Source of the DNA: Harriotta raleighana
Taxonomy: Eukaryota
Direction of reading: 5' to 3'
DNA length: 64,000 nucleotides
Assembly: GCA_050575255.1 (NCBI GenBank)
Contig: JBNZDD010013425.1
Coordinates: 372,001-436,000, forward strand
This document shows, one piece after another, positions 1 through 11,506 of this stretch. Under the pieces are notes generated by a model. It was given only the letters and a program-made list of their open reading frames with translations, was not told where the DNA came from and searched no databases. The position numbers and the translations under genes are program-made. The stretch's first letter is position 1, and each line of letters opens with the position of its first letter.

Positions 1-1156
1 GTTCCACAAACAGCCACTTAATGACTTAAGAGATGGATTGCCTAACGTCCCTTGTTGATTCCACTACAAACATTTTATATTTCTCTGAATTTTCTTGTGG
101 ACGTGAAAGGCGCAATATGAATCTAATTTTCTTGTTGCTGTATTACCAGCCTCTATAAATTATGGTATGTTACTTGTTTAAATTTCAGCTTTGTTCCAAT
201 AATAGCAATAATATCATTATATAGTTAAATCCCTATATTTAATAAACTCCTATGGAACGCAATTGCCAATTTGTCCACAACAATGTCCCACAAATGGCTA
301 AGAGATGAATAATCAATCGAACATGAATTTGGTTTTCTGCAAACCTTCGATACTGAGAGAAATACGCTTTTTCAAGCGGACAGGTTCATATGGGGTTAGC
401 AGGTCACAGAGGTAGGAAGGAGCATGGCACAAATATGAGATAGAAGGGACATTTGTGGGTCAAACAAGATGCCACAATGTGTAAATGTTATGTTTCTGGA
501 AGAGAAACACAAAAATATCGCCCCATAAATGCTTCTCAAATAGGGCATCCCACCCTCAGCAGCCAAAAGATTGGCCCACCTTGGCCTAGACTATGAAATT
601 GAATTCCCTGACTGGCGCTTCAATATACAATCGTCTGAGCCAGAGGAAAGAGTGTAACCAACTGAGGCAAGCTGCTATCTAATCTCCACATCTCCCCATG
701 TAACCATTAAATCTATGATGGATCCCAGTTGCATCTAGTCACAATGTATTTAATCCATACTTCTCAGTCCAAAACCTTCACACTAAATTCTATTATTTCT
801 CTCTACACACTATGTCCCAAATTTTGGATGTTCATGTCCAATATTTTTAAATGATCTTTTTAATGTTGTAAGTGTAGAAGTGAGCCAAATATTTTGTCTA
901 TTATTTTGACCTCTGTAAGAAACAGATCTTAAAAGACACGTGACTAAGAGCTTGAGACATGGATTGAGTTTTCGTTTAAACTCTTTGCTGATAAAGACAC
1001 ATCATAGTTAAGAAATAATGAATGGCATAGAACTTTACAGAATAGAAATAGGCCTTTTCGGCCCAGCTAGTTCATGTCTATGTTTACACTGTATATTTGC
1101 TATAAATTTATTACTAGAATTTCTAGCCAATCTTGTGTTCAATTATCAAGGACATA

Positions 1157-1519
1157 GAGTAAAACCTTATTTATCCAGTACCCAACCAACTGGCATACTC
1201 AACCAACTGGTGTTGGGAGATCCGGGACACTCACGCTATGCTCACTTTGCGCATGTGTGGTGCATGTGCACTTACTAAACTTACCGAATGCTGGAATGTT
1301 TTTTTTAACCAATCATTTTACCAAGTGTGCTGGAAAGCTTTATTGGTAATTATCCATAAAATATTCTGTTATTATTAGTCTATTATTAATATTGTATGTT
1401 TTAAAATAAGTTAATTTTTTGTGTAGGATTTTCAGCAACTTGGTGCTTGAATATCCGGCATATTTAATTAAGTGGCATTGGTCAGGTCCCGAGAGTGCCG
1501 GATAACAAAGGTTTTACTG
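1157..1519. mobile_element. Non-autonomous Tc1/mariner(pogo/Tigger)-like MITE, family A
   Basis: TIRs (G/C)AGTAAAACC.T.TTTATCC ... GGATAACAAAGGTTTTACTG flanked by TA. Shares an AT-rich subterminal block (aatattctgttattatt.agtctattattaatat) with other copies. Confidence 0.8.
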
Positions 1520-2929
1520 TAATTGGAAATATGTTGGGAAAGTGTTATCAAATTACCAGACTAGCGATTTTGTAACAAACCTAATGTAGCTAAATAAATG
1601 TAGAGGATTATTCATAATAATCTTATGTGTTGCAGCATTTGTCAGTGCTTTATCTTTTAGTTGTTGAAGCACTTTCACAAATTCAGCACTTTTGTTAATA
1701 AACCTACACTATTGCTAACAAAGACTAAAAGAGTGTAACAAAATCTCAACTACATTCTTAAATGGTACAGTACATTGCTTAGGTTTTACAATATGAACTG
1801 TTGAGTATAAAACTGAGCCCTTATTAAAGCAGTCAAATCCCAACAATCAATTGAAAGTGATACCCTGGCCGGAAATGGCCAACACAGCACATCATGGATT
1901 GAACTGGATTATATGATCGAAGTCCAGATTGCTCGGTATCATTCTACAGCGTATATATATTTTTTGAAAAAAACATTGTAAATGTTAAATTGAAGTTGGG
2001 GCATCAGTTTGATGCAGTTACTAAACTTTGGGAGCCAAACAAAATAACCAAGCTAGGATGTCAATTACGTTTGTTAATTCAGCTGCCTTCCTTGTACTGT
2101 CAGGTTCCCTCACTCTAAACCACTTAATTCAATTAGTTGAGTGTTGATGAAATAAAATATTCTGAAAGTAAATGGGGAGGTGGGGGTATAATTACAGTTC
2201 TCTTTAACAAATTGAGACTTTTGAAAAAATTATTTTCCTTCCAATATTTTTAAATTTAGAGAAACTAGATTAACCGACACGGGTGTTTTGGGGACTATTC
2301 GGAATGGACATCTTCAGGGTGGGAAAGAAAAAAGAACTGTAATATGAAACCAAACTTTACAACAGTTCGTAACAAGCATTGGTATTCAGCAATAAACTGA
2401 CCACACGTACAAAGCACCAATGGTCATGTAGGCCATTTTGAACAGACCAGACCGCAAGAGGAAAAAAACTGAAGGAGATACATTGCAACTTGAAACCAAG
2501 GTTACACCAATCCCTAAAGTGCAGCACTACTTACATCCTTGAGCACTTAAAATACTTTTCTTTAAATAAAAATGTTGCAGAGAGTTGCTCTACAGTTTTA
2601 TGGGATGGTCGAGGTTCAGAAAAATTTGTAGACCTTTTTTTTAAAAAAACACATGCTGTGCATAATATTATTCATAAGGATGCAACACTGTTNTTGCTCT
2701 ACAGTTTTATGGGATGGTCGAGGTTCAGAAAAATTTGTAGACCTTCTTTTTTAAAAAAAAACACATGCTGTGCATAATATTATTCATAAGGATGCAACAC
2801 TGTTCAAATACTGTCTTGGATTTCATGGTGGTCAAAGAACATGACCAATGAAAACCTTATGAACCTCTACCAAACTACAATGCACATGCTTATGATATTT
2901 TTATCTTTCATGACATTGCTGTTGCTTAC

Positions 2930-3523
2930 CTCAGATTTTGAGGACATCTCTTCGTCTAAGGCCAAATCATTTGGATCTACAATGTCTTCAAATGGTGGTA
3001 AACTAGGTTTCTTTTTCTCTATTATTTCACTTTCCATTTTCACCTTTGCTGCTTTAACCTGCAATCTGTCCTTCATCAGCTTTTTTTCAGAAGAAAGTGG
3101 TTGTGGAGACGCACTGGAGAGGGTTTTAAACAAAGATTCGGAGCTGCTTTTCTTTCTCTTTTTGGCTACAAGTTCATCAGAGTCTGAATTAGGAGGCCTC
3201 TTGGTTGCGGCCTTCACGTCCTGCTGCAAGCCTCCCGCCCCAGCCAACATATTGTTGTTTTCCAATGATTTTGGCTCTCTGGACATTGGTTTTGGTTCCT
3301 TAAATGCCGTCTTAGGAACAGGTTTCTCATCTTTTAGTGGTTTGTTTTCTTTGGGTTTCTTTGAAGGCTCTTTGGAAGTTTTACTGTGTTCCCTGGAAGG
3401 TTCTTTAAAGGCACTTTTATGCTCTTTTGAGTCTTTCGATGGTTTATCTTTGTGCTCTTTCATGGATTTGTGAGGCTTCGAGGAGCTGCTACTGCTGTTA
3501 GTGCCGCCCATCTTGTTTGGGTC
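2930..3523 (-). CDS. MLLT3: MLLT3/AF9 large Lys/Ser/Pro-rich exon (equivalent to human exon 5): DPNKMGGTNSSSSSSKPHK...LPPFEDIVDPND...SSKSE
   Basis: Core of ORF 2867..3529(-). Matches AF9 motifs KPHK.MKEHK.KPSKDS.EHKSAFKEPSR, AFKEPKPMS, AKKRKKSSSE (NLS-like) and LPPF.DIVDPND. Acceptor ttgcag|GAC, donor GAG|gtaagc, 594 nt = 198 aa, phase 0-0. Confidence 0.97.
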
Positions 3524-5105
3524 CTGCAATTGAGAGATTGTCTATTGAAAAAAAAGCCATAACAAAACTTATAAACAAATGAGCAAAATTGTGCTTCAAT
3601 ATAAATACCATATTGCCCAAACACAGAAGGCAATATTCAAATGGGCCAGGTGTTAATGGCTTAAAAGAAGATAACAGCTTAGAAGTCCACCCACAGTTAA
3701 AAAGGTAAGATTTCTGACATGTAAATAATCGCTTTTGCAATACATGTGAATCACTTTTAATGTACAATTCGGATATCAGTGGGGCTGTTATGAATTCTAT
3801 GAAGTGCACTACTGGGCTTGGCTATTAGATCTGAAAGGAGGAGACGGAGGAGAAAGGAGGGAAAAGAACATGAAACTATCACTGGATGATCACAGCTGGA
3901 CTTTACAGTTGAATCCTCCTGTAGTTGCTGACTAATTTGGTAACTGTTCTTGCATAATCCTAGGAAATTGTGTTGATTTGGCAACTTGGAATTTTCGGCG
4001 CCAGGGATTAAATCTTTGTGTTAAATCTAGAATATCTGTAATGTTGCCCCAAAAGATTTTGAAAAGCCATAAATATTTAACATAACTTGAAAAAAAATCT
4101 AAAGTCACCAATAAAAATCTTCGCATTTCATAGTGTCTTATTGTCAAAATACCCCACAGGATACGTCACAGTGACGTACTTGTAGGTGAACACTACAATG
4201 TGCACATACCTATGTCCCACAAACAGACGTGAAGTAAAATGACCAATTTAGCTGGGAAGGAGGAGGAATTTTGCTGATTTGCATCATCTTTTCTTGACTC
4301 AAAGCAATCTGCTATGTGTCCATTTTGCCCCTGGACTGTTTGAAAAGTCTTTTATTAGTTCTCATTTGCAGATTATTTTTCGGGGGGGGGGAGGGGGGAA
4401 GGGGGGGCGGGGGAAGATCCAAATATTGCTCCGCACTCCACCAGGCCAATGGCACAGTTTCTAACTTGTATTGACATAGTGTGTCCTAGTGACAACATGC
4501 AAGTTTTGGGGCCATACATGTAGAACAAAGGAGTTATACAGTCCCGGTGTCCCTAATGAAATCAAGTCAAAGATGATTTCATAGGAACACTTTTTAAAAA
4601 AAAATTTGGAACAAATTCTAAAGTTAAAATTTGCTCAGAATTTTTTTTTTAAATTTAAAAAAAAATGCTTTGGATGAGTACCCAAGAGGATCACCATCAA
4701 TTTTTATAAGGTCTGAAAACATTTAATTGTTTCTCTGAAGGGGAAAGTTGTGCATTGGACTTGTTCACTGCAGATGATATTAAACACAATAGAACTGAGA
4801 ACAAGAACAAATTGCAAACACATTGGGGACATACTTGTGGCGCTCTTAGATTTTAATGGAAAATTCTAAACCTGTTTAAAAAAAGCTTGGAGGCAGTACA
4901 GAAACAATAATACACAGCTCCAGTCTTATTCCTTTCTCCTGATGCCTGCAGAGCTGTGCCTCACCACTCTTCTGCAGTCGAGAAAATATAAAATCTGTTG
5001 AGATGGATGGAAAATCTTCCATCTTAATCATAAATGTATGAGGTGAAAATCTGTAGATCTGCATTAGAATCTGGATTTGAAGAATGTGTGAGGTAGGCAT
5101 TAAAC

Positions 5106-5382
5106 ATAATAATAATAATTCTTGCATTTGATGTAGCGCTTTTCACATCTTCTAGACGTCTCAAAGTGCTTCACAGAGTAATTATTTGTGGGTGAAACTC
5201 GACAGTCAATTGCCCATAGTAGTGTCCCACAAACAGTAATTGTTTGAAATGACCAAGTTATTATTGTTTTTTTGAGGGATTATTATTAGGCATCTAGAGT
5301 AAGGAAATTTGTCCTGCTTGGAATTGAATCCAGGTCTCTCACTTGTAAGGCAAGTACTCTATCCACTGAGCTGCAGGATTCC
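5106..5382 (-). mobile_element. Young tRNA-derived SINE (dominant family; tRNA head, CORE-like part, Deu 3' part, L2-like tail)
   Basis: (aat)n tail, cttgcatttgat...gtgtcccacaaacag...gaatccaggtctctcacttgtaaggc...ccactgagctgcagga. Confidence 0.9.
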
Positions 5383-5590
5383 ACATTTAGGAGATAGTTA
5401 TCCAGAGTCATTTTTAGGGTTGGGTCAATGCACAAACTGATCACCACAGTAAAGAATACTTTTCAAAGAAAGGAAAATATACTGAGCAGTTTTAAAATTG
5501 AAACTTTTGAAACTGACCACTGTGGTGCATTGGCCCAACCTTAAAAATGACTCTGGACAACTATCTCCTAAATGTGGAGTCCTGTAGCTC
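5368..5590. repeat. 66-bp inverted repeat (5368-5433 / 5525-5590), 91-bp spacer
   Basis: The arms are reverse complements with 5 mismatches, all transitions. Confidence 0.92.
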
Positions 5591-6082
5591 TTCAAAATAT
5601 TGGGAATTCTTTCTATGTGCATTCCGCAGCAGACTGGTACATCTTCAACATCAGTACAGGAAAATCAGTGAGCCCTTGAAAGCTCTCTCTCCCACTTTTT
5701 CAAGTCCTGCCTGAAAAATTTCTTCTTCCGACCGTGCTTACGGCCAACCTATCCCCACCCACTCAACCCCCCACCCCTCCTGGCTCTGAGTCAGACTCCA
5801 CCACTGTTTAGTGCTCCGAGATACCACCTATGGAAGTTGCTATACAAGTGTAAGTTGTTGTTGCCAAACTGCTACCCCCTATACCCCTGTCTCTCACAGA
5901 TACAGAACTTTAAACAAATTAATGTCATTTGTATCTTGCCCATATGTTTTGAGACAAACTTCAGCAGTCTCTGAACAACTGAACAAGACAAATAGCATGC
6001 TATTCAAAAGCAGTATTTAGTGTTGAAGGTTGTTAGGGTTTGGAATTCAATGCCACAAATGGTTATTGAAACTGGAGTAATT

Positions 6083-6400
6083 CAGCTTGGCTCATTGGTA
6101 GCACTGTTGCCTCAGAGTCAGATGATTGTGGGTTCAAACCCCATGTCGGGACATGAATGCATGTAGTTCTAAGCTAACATTACATTGCAGCACTGGAACA
6201 TGTTGCATTGTCAGAGGTCCCATCCTTCAGATGAGACATGAAACCAAGGTCCCGTCTGCCTGATCAGGTGGACATTAAAGATCCCATGGCTGATTCGAAA
6301 AGGAAATAAAAATAAAAATGGTCACTTGTTTCATGCCTGTTTGTGGGACATTACTGTGCACAATTGTGCTGCTGCATTTGTCCACAAATACAGTCATTTC
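6083..6400 (+). mobile_element. Old Deu-domain SINE (SacSINE1/AmnSINE1-like) with tRNA head
   Basis: Head cagcttggctcattggtagcac...gtgggttcaaacccc; Deu core ttcagatgagacatgaaaccaaggtcccgtctgcctgatcaggtggacattaaagatcccatggc; then ctgtttgtgggacattactgtgcac. Confidence 0.8.
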
Positions 6401-6774
6401 ATCTTGATGAGAGGTTGTCAGAAGTAATCTTGCTAATGTTTTGATGTATTTAACAACGTTCCCAAGAGGAGGTTGTTAAACACACTGCAACTCTTTCATG
6501 AGGTTTGCGTTCAGATTGGTAAAGTTGAAAGAAAAACACGAGACACATTTTCATCATGTTTCCTGTTTTTTTTAAAATTACATTGCTGCCTTCTCTGTGA
6601 GCCAGCTGTCTGAGGCAGTCTGCTGCATTGACTTGCCTTGGTTATCAGTTGGATCTGAACAGATCTAGCGAATTTTCTATCAAGTTTTTCTTACCTTTCT
6701 ACTTCACCTTTCTTTCTCCTCCTGCCTCATAAAAACAGCTGCACCACTGTCCAATATTGCAGACTGTATAATCT

Positions 6775-8305
6775 CTCAACACTATCGCCACATCCCCATC
6801 CTACCCTTCCTTGCCAAAGTCCTGGAATGCATTGTGGCAGGTCAACTCGGGTCTCCTGGATCTTGCTCCACTCCTTCCTCGAGCCACTGTAATCTGGTTT
6901 TCACCCAGCCCACAGCACAGAGACAGTGCTTGTCAAAGTTACGAATGAAGTCCTCTCTATCTGTGACCAGGGCTCCCTCTGCCTCCTTGTTCCCCTGGAT
7001 CTCTCTGTCGCGTTCGACCCAGTCAACCACACACACCATCCTCCTCCATGGCCTTGCCTCTCTCACCTATCTCAGTAGGATCGCACTCGTATGGTTTGAG
7101 TCCTAATTAACCATAAATGGTTTCTCCTCTGCCCCCGCCCAATCACCTGCAAGGTACCCCAGGGCTCCATCCTTGGCCCTCTTCTTTTCCTTATCTATAT
7201 GCTCCCTCTGGGCGATGTCATCCGCAGACATTGAGTAAACTTCCACATGTATGTGGATGACACACAAATCTACTTTGCCTTCTCCAATAATAACTTCAGG
7301 TCAGCCAATGTTCTATTAACTCGTCTTGCAGACATTAGGGCCTGGGTAAGAAATAATAATTCTTGAATATAAGGCTTTCTAGGTCTTCTAGATGGCTCAA
7401 TGTGCTTCACAGAATATATTGTAAAGTGAATTGACTGTATATTTGTGGGTGAAATGTGGCAGCCAATTGTGCACGGTGTAAACTTCCTGCAGCTGAATGT
7501 GGACAAGATGGAAGCCACACACTTCAGTTCCTGTCAGTGTCTTCATTCCTGCAGATTTAAACTCCTCAATCTCCCTGGGCTCTCCCTCAGACTCACTAAA
7601 CCAGTGCACAATCCAGGCGTTTGGTCAACCTTTAGTTATCCTTCCTCCTCCACATCTGGTCACTGACCAGGACCTCCTTCTCCCACGTCCGCATTATCCG
7701 CCTCCGACGATACCTTACCCCAAATGCAGTCAAATCCTTTGTGCATGCATTTGTTACCTCCCCCTTGGATTTCTCCAACACACTCCTTGCTGGTCTCCCC
7801 AGCTCCACTACTCAAAAGATCCAGTTCATTCAGAACTCTGTGGCCTGCATACTTACCCAGACCAAACTCCGTACCCATATCTCACCAGTTCTGGCCAAGG
7901 CTCCACACTTCCCATCACTGAATGGATCGACTTCAAGATCCTCACAATCATGTTCAAATCCATTCACTCCTGCACCTCCCTACATGTCTGACCTCCTCAC
8001 TTCCCAATCCACCACCCGGCGCCTCCACTCAACTGGCACCAGCCTCCTGCTCATCTCTCGCACCCTCCGCCCCACCATCAGAGGTTGCGCTTTTAGCCGC
8101 TACATCCCCAAACTCTGGAAGATTCTACCTCAATCTTTCCGCCTTGCCCCCTCTCTCCCCCGTTTCAAATTCCACCTGAACACTTTCCTCTTTGATTGTG
8201 TTTACGGCCATTTCCTCCCACCACGCTCCAGCTCGGAGTCAGGCTCCGCCACTGTTAAGCACTCTGACATGCTACCCTGCGTGGAGGGCGCTATATAAGT
8301 GTTGT
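6775..8305 (+). mobile_element. L2-clade LINE RT/3' fragment interrupted by a SINE piece (about 7352-7474, minus)
   Basis: [52 protein letters not shown] motifs; L2 tail gtggagggcgctatataag. Confidence 0.9.
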
Positions 8306-8612
8306 GGTACAGAACTATTACAACTCACCCAGAATGACTGTGAAAGACAGTCAAAGCTGGAATCCTAACTGGTGACACTCAGGTTTTGTTACTGAAGATA
8401 CTGGGTTAGAGAGCAAGGTTTCTGTTTCAGTAATAACAGAGAGAAGAGTTATTCTTCTCTTCTTCATACATTTTGATATCGCACCTGTGCAAAAGTCCAT
8501 TAACTGCTATAAAACATCAGTTCAAGCCGCTTACCTTAAGCTATTAAATCCATACCTATGAATTGTTATAATGCTGACTTTCTTCATAGTTAGACTGGAG
8601 TTGAAAACTGAC

Positions 8613-8735
8613 CTTTGACCCATGTGAGGGCTTGCTTTTCTTCCCTTCAGAAAGAGTCAAGGGGTTACTAGGAAGGGCAGGGGGATGAAGATGCAGTCCA
8701 GAAGGGGCTGGTGTTCCATCTGACATCAACATAAT
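8613..8735 (-). CDS. MLLT3: Additional MLLT3 exon homologous to the post-YEATS exon of ENL/MLLT1: IMLMSDGTPAPSGLHLHPPALPSNPLTLSEGKKSKPSHGSK
   Basis: 123 nt, open, phase 0-0, acceptor atgacag|ATT, donor AAG|gtcagt. Start (IMLMSDG vs VMVMPEG) and end (KKSKPSHGSK vs KKTKPSHGSK) match human ENL. It lies between the KAGG exon and the DPN exon. Confidence 0.85.
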
Positions 8736-11164
8736 CTGTCATAAAAATTACACAAATCTTAGCAAATTCAGGGTACTTGACATTAGTCACCATGGAAAAA
8801 AAGCTGCATTGCTGAAAAAGTGCATTCTGTTTAAAGGGGATCAGCAAATCATATCTATAGGTTTACTATTGTCATTTCATGACCTATGAAAATAGTGATT
8901 CTTCTCTTGCCTCAGCTTTCTTTCCCTGGATTGGAATAAAGAGAAGGGAGACTGAAAGAGAGAGAAACAAACCAAATAGCACCACCACAATAGTGTATTA
9001 GCCTGTCAACTATTTCCAAATGTCTGTAGAACGCTCTGTCAACTAAAAGTTTTAAGTTTGTAATTTAAGAAAAGAAAAACCTTAATATATATAGTATTCT
9101 TAGGAAATTTCTGTTTCATAAAAGTTTGCACCCAAACAAACCAATGTCTTTAAACTTAAATAAGTTGAGAGCTCAGTGGGCAATCCTCAAGTGAACTGCA
9201 GTTCAAGTCGTAAAAACTTTCAACAGGATTCGATTGTTTCTGCAATTCTCACAGAATAAATAAAAAGCATCTGGAAAAAAATTAGACAATGATCAGCATT
9301 TTCAAACCAAACTGGTGATAAACAACACAATGAACAATGTGGCTTTTTTCTCTATTGGTTTTGAGGAGTGTTGGTTTGTTTCAGCAGAGTACCTTGCCTC
9401 AGATGTGCACTCTGCCACAAAGGTAGATTATTTAAATTTTTAAAAAATAAACAAAAACAGCTTTTAAAGGCTGGCAAGACCTCAATCACTTTCATTGGAG
9501 ATCTGCAAATCATTTTGTTGGGATTCTGGAATCACCAGCATATCACAAAGTCCATTTGTTGGGTAATGAAGGGAATCTTTAAAAATGTTGAAAAAAAATT
9601 TAAACATCTTTATTTTTCTTGGGAAGCAATTTGGTCTAAACATGTCTGTCTGATACAAAGAGGTTGAAGATGCAATGAGCAAATTAAGGACATTTCCAAA
9701 CTGTAACTTGCTGTACTAATTGTAACTTCAAAATCGCATCTAATGTCACCAAATAAATCAATCGCAGCCCTGAAGACATGCAAAAGCAATTTTCTAGGTG
9801 ACATTTTCTTTTTAGTTTTGTTGTTAGATTTTACCTCGTTCTCAAACAGATAAGCAGCAAAAAACATTGAATGCAATTGCAAACTAAGTCAAACACAACT
9901 AGTGGCTTTACATTCTTTTTTTGCGGGGCTCATCCAGGCGTCTGAGACATGTGTAAACCCATCACCAAGCTAGAGTATCCAAATCAAGATGAGAATTCCA
10001 TGCATCCCACCTACACATGGAAATCCCACAGATAGGATTGTGGGTCTAGAATTTGCGCTCTCTCCCTGGAGGGACATATGGAAATATAGATGGGATGCAT
10101 GGAAATCTTGGCTTGCTAGGCAGTAATGGGCATAACAACAAGCAATTTTTTTTTTTTTTTAAATACAGACGGCAATCACTGAACCCAAGAATGTAAAGAA
10201 CATTTGTTAGATTTGAAAGATGTTGAGAGCTGGGTACCCCACAGAGTTTGGATTTCAGATCTTTGCCAATTTTAATACACATTCAAGATGTAAATCTTGA
10301 GCGCCTTGGGACGTCCTCCCGACGTGAAAGGTGCTCTAGAAATGTAATTTTGGTTGTTGTTGTAAATCTCCCAAGTTTTCTGAAGCCACAAAAGTAGGAG
10401 GCAGAACATACGATGAGAAGCAACACAACTACATTCTAAGAATTAAATAGAAATATAAAGGAAAGCAGCAGAGTTGGAAATTTGGAATGAAACAAAAGCT
10501 GGATAACCCTCAAAAACTACAATTTAATGGAAAGGTATGCCATAAAATGCCCCTTAACATGATGAATTTGTGATTTTTTTCTATTTCAGAAAGTTATACA
10601 AAATTTTTAGAATCCCATGATTTGGATTACCTTCAAAATTTAAGAAAAGGCATATTAATTTCATACAGCTCTGTTTAAATAAAACCTTCCAAACTCATGC
10701 CTATTCATTCACCTTAAACCCTCTGATGTGGAATGAGGTGGGTGTATCTTTTTCTTCCAAGTTATCCTGGTAAAAAAAAATTACAAAAGTGCTTTAATAC
10801 CACATTGTTCTAAACCTGTCAGATTGTGGAAATACACATGGGGGCCAACTGAATCACTGTGAATTTTTGGGAGGGAATTCTTGTAACTCGGAAATACAAA
10901 GTTCCGATTAGCTAGTGTTTGTAATGGCTCAATCCAGGTTCCCATTGCATCAAAAGTACAAGAGGTCACAATTGGCGTCAGTAACATTACATGCAATTTA
11001 GATGGAAGTTCTCCACTTTTGACATGGCAATAACGCAGTTAGGTTTGTGGGAGTTTCGGTTGGCATTATCCGGCAGTTTTTAGTGCATAAACTGAGGAAC
11101 TTTCTTCAACAATACTGCCAATTATTAAATCTGTACAGTTTTTCTTATACAAAGTGAATCCTGG

Positions 11165-11450
11165 CAGCCCCATCACCCCAGTCCTTGGTTCCATTGGATC
11201 TTTGTCAGAGAACAGCTCAATTTCTATTCAACTACAAATCACTTTATGGCCAAGAAATATCCTACTCTCCAAACTCCTCATACTCCACCCATTCTCTGAA
11301 TGTTCCCAACGTCTCCATTGTCAACAGCTGTGCCGCCATCCACTACACCCTATGGAATTCCCTGCTTCAATCCCTTTGGCTTTCCCCATTTTGACCATCA
11401 TCAGATCACAACTGAAGACATTCTTCTTTGACAATGTCTGCCTTTCTCCC
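11165..11450 (+). mobile_element. Old L2 3' fragment
   Basis: catcaccccagtccttg ... ctatggaattccctgc ... actgaagacattcttctttgac matches the L2 C-terminal pattern (WNSL...LKTFFF). Confidence 0.65.
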
Positions 11451-11506
11451 TGGCTTTGTGTCAAACTCCACTATTGTTCAGTAATCCTAGTTGCTATCCT
11501 ATGTGA

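Noticed and set aside
2275-2325. Possible Penelope-type hammerhead ribozyme on minus (CTGAAGA…CAAAAC)
   Set aside because: GAAA box is not intact and no stem II pairing could be drawn.
1-2929. Next MLLT3 exon (SEQPSPASSS-like)
   Set aside because: No matching coding sequence seen; it must lie beyond the window start.
2841-3473. 210-aa plus-strand ORF
   Set aside because: Antisense shadow of the Lys/Glu-rich MLLT3 exon; Phe/Leu/Ser-rich with no recognisable domain.
4330-4720. Possible DNA-transposon fragment with a G-run
   Set aside because: No TIRs or second copy found in the window, so it cannot be supported.
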